64,000 nt of DNA, taken from positions 7,325 through 71,324 of the forward strand of contig JBFJCP010000020.1 in assembly GCA_041615815.1 (NCBI GenBank), given 5' to 3'. Positions 48,446 to 55,926 of the stretch are shown here, piece by piece. The notes beneath the pieces were generated by a model. That model had not been told where the DNA came from, made no database searches, and worked only from the letters and a program-made list of their open reading frames with translations. The DNA comes from Gemmatimonadales bacterium. Lineage in GTDB: Bacteria > Gemmatimonadota > Gemmatimonadetes > Gemmatimonadales > GWC2-71-9. Every line of letters begins with the position of its first letter. Position 1 is the stretch's first letter. Position numbers and translations under genes: made by a program.

Positions 48446-49903
48446 TCACTCCGAGCCGGGTATGACCGCTCCATGACAGGCTGTACACATCTCGGGATTC
48501 CGGCGCCGCAGTCGATCCGCGTCGAAATCCGGGCCGTGGGGATTGAACCGGCGTCCCCCCAGCGCCGAGTGACAAGTTACACAATCTCGCTCGGTGTGGC
48601 AGGAGACGCACGATTCCAAGTTCTGCCGCGCCGCTGGGCCGTGACCCAAGATGAAGGCTTGTTTGGCGTCATGATACCCCACGCTCAGGCGACGTTCCGC
48701 CACGAGTCCGGCACTGGCATGGCAAGCCGCGCAGTATTGGGCGGGATTGTGGCAGTCGCTGCAGGACGACTCTCGGGCGTACGCCGCCGCCGGATGACGC
48801 GTGAGAAACCCGTTGCCGTGATAGCCCGGCGATCCGGCTCCCACACCCGGAATGTGACAATCGAGACAGTCAGACCGCACGTGGCATCCTGCACACGTTT
48901 GCGGAGCGGCTGCAGCTTCGACTGCGTGCTGTTCAAGGAAGAAGTTTCCGTGATTGAGGGGCGGCTCTCGCTCGACGATGGCCCCTACTCCCCGTTGGGG
49001 ACTCCTCTGATACATCGCGCTTACCACTCGCGGCGCGGCCAGGTGACATTCCAGGCAACTTTCCTGCGTGTGACAGGTACGGCATTCTGCGGGTTCGCTC
49101 GTGGCGGAAGGACCATGGCTCGTGAGGAAGCGTGAGTCGGTATGCGAGTCCGGTGCCTCGAGCGTCGCGGCGTGCACCAGCGAGCGCGGGTCAGGTGACA
49201 GCGCTTGAATGGCCACCTGCTCTGGCGCATCCACATGACATTGCATACAGAAGTCGCGCGCGTGGCACACCGCACACGCGACCGCCGCACCCTCCGGGGT
49301 GGCCGGCGCCAGCACGGGCTCGTAGCCGATCAGCCCATGTCCGCTGCGACCCGCAAAGTCCGGTTCCTCGTGCGACGACGGTGCCGGGAAGTCGGCAATG
49401 TCCGATTCCGTGAGACGAACGGCGCGTGCCAACGAAACGTGGCACATGGCGCAATCGGTCTCCGCCACCGCGTAATGGGTTTCTCGGATCTCGTGGCAGT
49501 CGAGACACTGTTCCACCACCGCCAACTGCACATACATCCACGCGCTGTCGGGAAACGAGTGGCAGTCGACACAGCGAGCGGGCTCGCGCCCCGCGCCGCT
49601 CAGCGTATCGGCGTGCTCGGCATGGTCGAACGCGAGATTCGTTCGGGGAGGATCCACCGGGCCGTCCCATTCCACGCGCTCTTCCACCTCTCCGTCGTGG
49701 CACTCGGCGCACGACGGGGGGTCGGGATAGAGGGCTGCCCCCGGTATTTCGATGCCAGCGTGGCAGCTCACGCAACTCGGAAACAGGCCACGATGCTCCA
49801 CATGATCAAACGCATCCTGTTGGAAACCCGCGAGCGCCAATCCAACCCCGCCCAGGGCAGCGGAACCCGCGAGAAGGATGGCCGTGAGCCACCGAGCACT
49901 CAC
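48446..49903 (-). CDS. 16-haem c-type cytochrome (secreted or anchored)
   Basis: N-terminal signal/anchor (WLTAILLAGSAALGGVGLALA) and 16 CXXCH motifs counted by eye. GTG 49903 overlaps the upstream stop (GTGA). Confidence 0.9.
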   Translation of the reverse strand: MSARWLTAILLAGSAALGGVGLALAGFQQDAFDHVEHRGLFPSCVSCHAGIEIPGAALYPDPPSCAECHDGEVEERVEWDGPVDPPRTNLAFDHAEHADTLSGAGREPARCVDCHSFPDSAWMYVQLAVVEQCLDCHEIRETHYAVAETDCAMCHVSLARAVRLTESDIADFPAPSSHEEPDFAGRSGHGLIGYEPVLAPATPEGAAVACAVCHARDFCMQCHVDAPEQVAIQALSPDPRSLVHAATLEAPDSHTDSRFLTSHGPSATSEPAECRTCHTQESCLECHLAAPRVVSAMYQRSPQRGVGAIVEREPPLNHGNFFLEQHAVEAAAAPQTCAGCHVRSDCLDCHIPGVGAGSPGYHGNGFLTRHPAAAYARESSCSDCHNPAQYCAACHASAGLVAERRLSVGYHDAKQAFILGHGPAARQNLESCVSCHTERDCVTCHSALGGRRFNPHGPDFDADRLRRRNPEMCTACHGAVIPGSE

Positions 49904-51402
49904 CGCGTCCTCGGCACGTCGGGGATTCGCAGGATCGCCGGATGCAGCCCTCCTTCACTGCCCCCGGACCCGAAAACGAACCGCACACCGGCGTTAACCC
50001 GAACCTGATCCCAATCCAGCCGCGCCGCATCCGGCCTCCGGCGCACTTCGTCATACCGGTGCACCTCGAGAAGCAGACCCACGGCCGCGTGGGGTTGGTA
50101 GTCGACGCGAAATCCGTAGGTCCACACCTTCGCGTCGTCGAAGCGGAACTCGAGTGGTCGTTGTAACGTCCCCACCAGGGCGGTCGCAGCGAACTCCTCG
50201 ATGGGCTGGACGCTGACGCCGCCCTCGAATCCCAACGACGCGGCACCAGGACCGAAGTCGGCGTGATACTCCCCGAAGACGGTCCAGGGATCGAAACGCG
50301 AAACGGTCGCTCCCCACGCCCACCGCCATCCGTCGTCTTCGAACCGGGCGAGCCCGGTCTGGGCTTCGCTGTCGTCGAACCGATAGACCTCGCCTCTCGC
50401 GCGGACCTCCACACCATCGATGGGCCTGACCGCTGCCGAGCCAAACAGCGCACGGTACGGCGTGGGACTGAAGGCGCCCCAAATGGTCCACAGATCGAAG
50501 TGTGGGCGATACCGCCGCCCGCCAGCCGTGACATGGACGAGGGCGTGGGGGTGGACCCAACCAACACGGGCCTCAGCGGTCCCCCAATAGTCGAACGACA
50601 GGTCGTAGTCCGCGCCGCCCGCGATGGTCAGACCGCGGAGGGGATATAGCGCCCCTTCGAACGCCACGCGCTCGGTCACGAACAGATCGACGGCCGGATC
50701 GACTTCACGTTGGTAGAGAACGCTCGCCTCGACCGGCCCGGCGGACCAACCCAACCGCGTGCCCACGACGAGTTGCCGATCGCGAGGCTGAAAATCATCG
50801 AGTGGGTTGAGCGCGTCGCTCGTCACCGGCAGCGCGATGCCACGGGCAAGCCCCCACCCTCCGTACCCCAATACCCGCAAGGATGGGAGCGGCCGCACCT
50901 CCACCCGGGCACCGTCGAAGCCGGTGAACCCGAACCGCGACACGACGTGGGTCCTGCCAAGCTGCGCGGTCACGTAACGTGACGCGTACTCCGCGTACCC
51001 CTCGAGGAGTTGGACCGCCGGGTCGGTGCCCGGCCACGTGTCCACGTCACCCAGGTCCGCACCGATACGGAGCTTCCCTCGTACCGTGAGACCGGGGATC
51101 CCCAGCCCCCAGACAGCGACATCAGCGGTCGTGACCAGCGGACCACCCTGACGCTCAGGACCAGGACGGAAGAACGTGCAGAACGCCAGTCCCGAAAAAC
51201 ACTGGGCGGCGATCCCGTCAGGCGTCAGGAACCCACCGGACGGTCCCATCACGGCGTCCGATGCCGGGATGCTGTCCAGTTGGACACCCCGGAACGCCAC
51301 CGACTGGAGTCGCGTATCCAGCCGGACGCGATACCCTTGGGCCGGCAGCAGCGCGGGCATGAGCGCCGCGAGCATCGCGACCACCACGCAGCGACCCATC
51401 AT
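49900..51402 (-). CDS. putative outer-membrane beta-barrel protein encoded between two multihaem cytochromes
   Basis: Signal peptide (MMGRCVVVAMLAALMPALLPAQG). About 480 aa rich in alternating hydrophobic/aromatic dipeptide patterns and Gly/Asp turns, with no haem motifs. A barrel-like terminal strand NAGVRFVF is followed by a 26-aa tail. ATG 51402 lies 2 nt after the upstream stop (alternative TTG 51408). Confidence 0.7.
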   Translation of the reverse strand: MMGRCVVVAMLAALMPALLPAQGYRVRLDTRLQSVAFRGVQLDSIPASDAVMGPSGGFLTPDGIAAQCFSGLAFCTFFRPGPERQGGPLVTTADVAVWGLGIPGLTVRGKLRIGADLGDVDTWPGTDPAVQLLEGYAEYASRYVTAQLGRTHVVSRFGFTGFDGARVEVRPLPSLRVLGYGGWGLARGIALPVTSDALNPLDDFQPRDRQLVVGTRLGWSAGPVEASVLYQREVDPAVDLFVTERVAFEGALYPLRGLTIAGGADYDLSFDYWGTAEARVGWVHPHALVHVTAGGRRYRPHFDLWTIWGAFSPTPYRALFGSAAVRPIDGVEVRARGEVYRFDDSEAQTGLARFEDDGWRWAWGATVSRFDPWTVFGEYHADFGPGAASLGFEGGVSVQPIEEFAATALVGTLQRPLEFRFDDAKVWTYGFRVDYQPHAAVGLLLEVHRYDEVRRRPDAARLDWDQVRVNAGVRFVFGSGGSEGGLHPAILRIPDVPRTR

Positions 51403-51404
51403 CG

Positions 51405-53390
51405 TCAACGTTCCCCAGCCACCCGGTGGAGCACACCGCGAAAGTCATCCGGCGTGGACTGGAGGTGACACACTGTGCAGGTCTTCTCGGGATAGTGATC
51501 GCCGTCCTCCAGATGACAGGACAGACAGAACCCTCGATCCGGTTCGAGCCGCACAACTGTTGCCTCCACATGACAATCCGTGCACCAGCGGTGTGCATCC
51601 GCGGGTGGTGCGTGGAGCGAGTCGTCTGGCAACGCGGGATGACACGAGACACAGCTGATGGCTGCCGCATGATGATCGTCGTGACAGTCCGCACAGGTCG
51701 CCACCGCCGCGGTGGTCACGAGCGTCACCGGGACCGTATGACAGTCTACACAGTTCACATCGGCGTGTTGATCGTGAAGAAAATCCGCCGGCCGCTCTCG
51801 AGATGCCGCGTTCTCGACGCTCACGGTAACGACCGCCCGAAATGCCGTCTGCAACTCGTCCGACGTGTGACACGCGGCGCAGTCTGACGTGGCCGGTGCC
51901 TCGTGGTGACAGATTTGGCAGCCCCGTGGGGCTTCGAACGTCAAGGCGCCGTGGCCGGTTTCTGTCTGGTGACACGTGAGACAGGAAAGCTCGGCGTGTT
52001 GGTCGTGGGAGAAGGTATCGGGCGGCGTGACGGGGAGCTGGATTGGGGCCTCGGGTTCCGGGCGGGGGCCGATGGGCGGCGGGACGTCTCCCTTCCCCCG
52101 CGGCCGGTCCGGGTCCGCCCGCCAACTCACACCGAACGGACGATGTAGTTGGGGCACCTCCGAGCGTTGCAGCGCACGAGTGGTATCGAAGGGCGCAATG
52201 CGTTGGAGCCCCTCCCGGATTCGCCGCGGCACGGTTGGGTCGTCGATGATCCGCGTGTGACACCCCTGACAATCACTGGCATCCACGCGGGCTCGGTGCG
52301 GCTCGTGACAAAGCGTGCACTGGCTCCCCACGTCCAAGTGCCTGGTCCCCACATGAAATGGCTCGTCGCGCCAGTCGATGTGACAGTTGGCGGAAGCGCA
52401 CGTTTGGTCGGCGGCCGTTGCCACCTCCTGTTCGTGGGGCTTGTGGCACATGCCACAGCTTCCGCTATGCGGATCGAACCTCGGATCGAAGTCCGCGAGG
52501 ATCGCTTGCATTTCGTGACACGAGATACACTGCTCGGTGGCGGGCACGAGCGTGCCGGCAGCAGAGTCTCGTGTGGCCAGCGCGGGGACCTCCACCGCGA
52601 ATTGGTGACAGGTGACGCAATGCAGGGAGGTCTGATTCTGCATCGCGCCCATCGCGATCTTCGAGTCGACGTGGCAATCGGCCTGCGCGCATGTACTGTC
52701 GACGGGGACAAACTGGTGCACCTCCTGACCGTGGCAGGTGACACACATGACATCGTCCAAGCTCGTGGAGTCGGATTCCAGATGCGTCCGGTGGCCGGCC
52801 GTGGAGGCGATTCGCTGCCACACCTCGGGCTCGCCCGTCACGTGGCACCGCTCGCAGACCGCATTGGCAACCGGTGAGTGCTCGCCGATCTCGCCGGGAC
52901 GTTCCGCCACCCAGAGGTACAGCTGGCGCATGCTGGCGATAACCGATTGCTGGTGGCAGTCGTGGCAGCTAAGGGAGTCGTGCTCGCTGGCCGTGAACCG
53001 TTGGAACGCCGGGTTCATCACATGACAGCCCGTGCAGAACCCGTTGTCGTGCTGCATGTAGTCCCAGCTCACCTTGCTGGCACCCGCGGCGGCGAGGACC
53101 ACGAAGACGATCGCCACGGTGATGGCGATCTTCACTCCGCGGGAGCGCGTGAGTGTCCATCGCAGGATCGGCTCCCGCTGGAGCCAGCAATAGACCAGGA
53201 CACCCAACGCCACCATGACCCCCGCCACGAACCCCCAGATTTGGATCCACTGGGGCACCGTTTGGAGCAGAAACCGGACGGTGGTCGCGACCCCTCCCGG
53301 GAGAGGGGATTCCACCAGCACCGAGTCCTGCGCGGCCTGACCGGCGGCGCTACTTGTTAGCTGGGCGAGCGACGAGTGGAACGCGATCAT
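51405..53390 (-). CDS. membrane-anchored multihaem cytochrome: NapC/NirT-type tetrahaem module fused to 14 further CXXCH and 2 CX4CH sites
   Basis: 18 CXXCH plus CAQADCH and CASANCH. The first four sites sit in NapC/NirT context (NGFCTGCHVMNP...H..LSCHDCH...CERCH...MCVTCHGQEVHQF). Two hydrophobic segments precede them. The start is uncertain. Confidence 0.9.
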   Translation of the reverse strand: MIAFHSSLAQLTSSAAGQAAQDSVLVESPLPGGVATTVRFLLQTVPQWIQIWGFVAGVMVALGVLVYCWLQREPILRWTLTRSRGVKIAITVAIVFVVLAAAGASKVSWDYMQHDNGFCTGCHVMNPAFQRFTASEHDSLSCHDCHQQSVIASMRQLYLWVAERPGEIGEHSPVANAVCERCHVTGEPEVWQRIASTAGHRTHLESDSTSLDDVMCVTCHGQEVHQFVPVDSTCAQADCHVDSKIAMGAMQNQTSLHCVTCHQFAVEVPALATRDSAAGTLVPATEQCISCHEMQAILADFDPRFDPHSGSCGMCHKPHEQEVATAADQTCASANCHIDWRDEPFHVGTRHLDVGSQCTLCHEPHRARVDASDCQGCHTRIIDDPTVPRRIREGLQRIAPFDTTRALQRSEVPQLHRPFGVSWRADPDRPRGKGDVPPPIGPRPEPEAPIQLPVTPPDTFSHDQHAELSCLTCHQTETGHGALTFEAPRGCQICHHEAPATSDCAACHTSDELQTAFRAVVTVSVENAASRERPADFLHDQHADVNCVDCHTVPVTLVTTAAVATCADCHDDHHAAAISCVSCHPALPDDSLHAPPADAHRWCTDCHVEATVVRLEPDRGFCLSCHLEDGDHYPEKTCTVCHLQSTPDDFRGVLHRVAGER

Positions 53391-53476
53391 TTCGTCTCGG
53401 CGAATTCAGTGGCTGCTCGAAACCCGAACGCTTGGGCTGTCGGACTGCTAACGTCGGGCACGTCCTCACACAAGGA

Positions 53477-53500
53477 CGGACCGGAGATCACTCCGGTCCG
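53477..53500 (-). terminator. 10-bp stem-loop between the first and second cytochrome genes (possible attenuator or partial terminator)
   Basis: cggaccggag-atca-ctccggtccg, 26 nt downstream of the stop at 53526. The minus strand continues TCCTTGTGTG, which is only weakly U-rich. Confidence 0.4.
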
Positions 53501-53525
53501 CCACTTGTGGCACCCGCAATGCATC

Positions 53526-55019
53526 CTACCGATTGAAACGCCTCGTGAGAGCCTGGAGCCGTGCGTCGTAGTCGATGGGCGTGGACGGGGCGACCCCGTA
53601 CGTGTCCTCGACCGCCTGTTGGCTCGCGATCAGCAGCGCCTCCACCAGGAACGGATTGTGGGTGGATGATCCGAGAGGCGATCCACCATGGAGCGCCAAA
53701 TGGTAGTTGAAGATCGCGCCCTCCGCCACGGTGAACGTGGGGTTCGTGGCGTCGATCTCGCCGCCGGCGTCCTCGAGGTTGGGATCCACCACCGTCAGCT
53801 GCGCCAGGAGATCGTCCGCCAGCGTCTGGTTGTTGCCCGACGCGAGCAGAAGCAATCCCCGAGCCACAGCCTCGGTGCCGTGGCAGCCAGCCGCGGTGCA
53901 GCCCCGGAAGGTCCGGGCCGTGGTGGTCAGTTCGCAGTCATCCGGCTGCGGACGCAGCGGTCCCCCATTCGCATCGATGCACGGGATAGCCGCGAACAAA
54001 TGCCCGGTGGCGTTGAACTGGAAATCACCGGTTACGGCGTCGGTGACCGCGAACGACGTTACGTGGCAGGTGGCACAGAGCTGCGCATTGCTCTCGGTCC
54101 CATGGGTGCCGATGATGTCCCCCTGGTTGATGATCGCGTTGGGCGGGAACCACCCGGCGTCACCAAGGATCAGCGCCGTCTCTGGCGAATGGGGCTCCAG
54201 TCCATGGGACGAATTGGGATCCGGCGCCGTGCGCCGATCGTGGCACTGCGCGCAGAGATGCTGCGTGGGATCGCTCGTCTCGATGGGACGCCGGAGCTGT
54301 GCCGTATTGTTCGACCCATGGGGATCGTGGCATACCGAGCAGGTGGTCGGCATGTGGGTAGCCGAGTTCTGCTCCAGATACGTGGCATCCGGATCGAACC
54401 GTGCCAGCGCAGCCTGGCCGCGATGGCAGCCCTCGCAGGATTCCCGTCCCGCCGCGAAGCCGACCACCGCCGCATGCCCGGACGCCGCCCAATCCTCCGC
54501 GAACGGATGGTGATCGCCACTGTGACACTCGGCGCAGTTCTGATCGATGTTCGCGCCGAGATCCGCCCCGGCAATGGGCTGGGACGCGCCGGGATCCACC
54601 GAGACGTGCTGGAATCCCGGCCCGTGACAGCTCTCGCACTGGACGTCGCCGTACGTCACCGAGTCCGCCATGACGTTAAAGCCACCCGGAGGATCAATGG
54701 AATTGCCGAGGTCACTGACACTGTGACACCCAACGCAGAAGTCCTGACCCGAGCCGGAGCTGATCAGGTCCGCGAGCGCACTGGCGTGGGCCGTGTTGAC
54801 CCACCGTGTCTGGACGCCCACGTGGCAATTGCCGCAGGTGGTGAGCTTCAGGTCGGGATCGAAGTATCCGAGGAACCCGTTGGCCTGATCGGGGGGAGGA
54901 TTGAAGAGCTCCCGGTCCCGGAAGACCACCGTCTCCTCTGTGCAGGCCAGGCCCGCCACCACCGTCCCAAAGACCGCCAGCTGGAGAAGGCGACGTTGCA
55001 TATGATGAAGTGTGATCAT
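53526..55019 (-). CDS. lipoprotein-type multihaem cytochrome (8 CXXCH plus 1 CX4CH) with a haem-free C-terminal domain
   Basis: Signal plus lipobox (LLQLAVFGTVVAGLAC). Haem motifs: CGNCH, CVGCH, CESCH, CAECH, CEGCH, CSVCH, CAQCH, CATCH, CTAAGCH. The last ~130 aa lack Cys. Start at ATG 55019 or 55034. Confidence 0.9.
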   Translation of the reverse strand: MITLHHMQRRLLQLAVFGTVVAGLACTEETVVFRDRELFNPPPDQANGFLGYFDPDLKLTTCGNCHVGVQTRWVNTAHASALADLISSGSGQDFCVGCHSVSDLGNSIDPPGGFNVMADSVTYGDVQCESCHGPGFQHVSVDPGASQPIAGADLGANIDQNCAECHSGDHHPFAEDWAASGHAAVVGFAAGRESCEGCHRGQAALARFDPDATYLEQNSATHMPTTCSVCHDPHGSNNTAQLRRPIETSDPTQHLCAQCHDRRTAPDPNSSHGLEPHSPETALILGDAGWFPPNAIINQGDIIGTHGTESNAQLCATCHVTSFAVTDAVTGDFQFNATGHLFAAIPCIDANGGPLRPQPDDCELTTTARTFRGCTAAGCHGTEAVARGLLLLASGNNQTLADDLLAQLTVVDPNLEDAGGEIDATNPTFTVAEGAIFNYHLALHGGSPLGSSTHNPFLVEALLIASQQAVEDTYGVAPSTPIDYDARLQALTRRFNR

Positions 55020-55166
55020 GTCCGCCTCTTGCATTCGGCACGGGGGATGCCGATTTCCGTAGTAACACGGGTGAAACTGCCGTAACAGTACTCAGGACAG
55101 CGCTTAAATTGTATCATTGGGCTGAGTGGGTACGTTAAAGTCCGCCTGAAGATCCCTTTACGCAAC

Positions 55167-55859
55167 ATGGCCTTCAACGTGTACAGCGATCGCCCAGAAA
55201 AAACACTGCACGGCGCGCGAACTTTTCACGTGGCTAGCGCCGTGATGCGTCTAGCCGTGGCGGTAGAAGACGCGGCCATCGTCTCCGTCGAGTTCCAAAC
55301 GAACCTCGTGGCGCCCCCGGAGACCCCCTTCGAGCGGCAGGTGGCTGCCGAGCTCGAGGAGTACTTTGGGGGACGGCGCACGGTATTCTCCGTTCCGGTA
55401 CGGACGGAGGGATCGGCGTTCGAAGAGGCGGTGTGGGCGGCGATCGCCCAGATTCCCTACGGGGAGACCCGCACGTACGGCGACATCGCCCGCCAGGTGG
55501 GGCGTCCCGCGGCCGCGCGGGCGGTGGGGACGGCCGCGGGACGCAACCCCACACCCATCGTCGTTCCCTGTCACCGCGTCGTCGGGGCGCGAGGCCGGCT
55601 GGGCGGCTTTGGCGGCGGCACCGCCCTCAAACGGTGGCTCCTGGGTCTCGAGACACGTCACCGACCGGTGGGGCGGAACAACGCGGGCGCATCGCTCTTT
55701 GGACTGCTCGCCCTGGTCGTGGGGTTGTCGCACGCCTGCACGGACCCCGAGCGTCCCGTGTTCGAGGCTGGTGACACGAGCGGCGTGGACTCGCTGGTGG
55801 TGAGCCTCTCCACCGCAGTGCCACTGGGCATCACGCCCGAGGGCTTCCCTGCAGGCTGA
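55167..55859 (+). CDS. ogt: methylated-DNA--protein-cysteine methyltransferase with an unusual ~65-aa hydrophobic C-terminal extension
   Basis: IPYGETRTYGDIARQVG, NPTPIVVPCHRVV (active-site PCHR), GGFGGG...KRWLL. The start is uncertain (55167 or 55245). Confidence 0.85.
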   Translation: MAFNVYSDRPEKTLHGARTFHVASAVMRLAVAVEDAAIVSVEFQTNLVAPPETPFERQVAAELEEYFGGRRTVFSVPVRTEGSAFEEAVWAAIAQIPYGETRTYGDIARQVGRPAAARAVGTAAGRNPTPIVVPCHRVVGARGRLGGFGGGTALKRWLLGLETRHRPVGRNNAGASLFGLLALVVGLSHACTDPERPVFEAGDTSGVDSLVVSLSTAVPLGITPEGFPAG

Positions 55860-55926
55860 ACCGCTTCCATCGCCTGAGCCCGCCGTCCCCGAGTCCCCCA
55901 CCCCGGTCCGGCTCACCCAGCTCACG

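Noticed and set aside
53688-55085. 465-aa plus-strand ORF
   Set aside because: It is antisense to the lipoprotein multihaem cytochrome, whose nine haem motifs validate the minus-strand frame.
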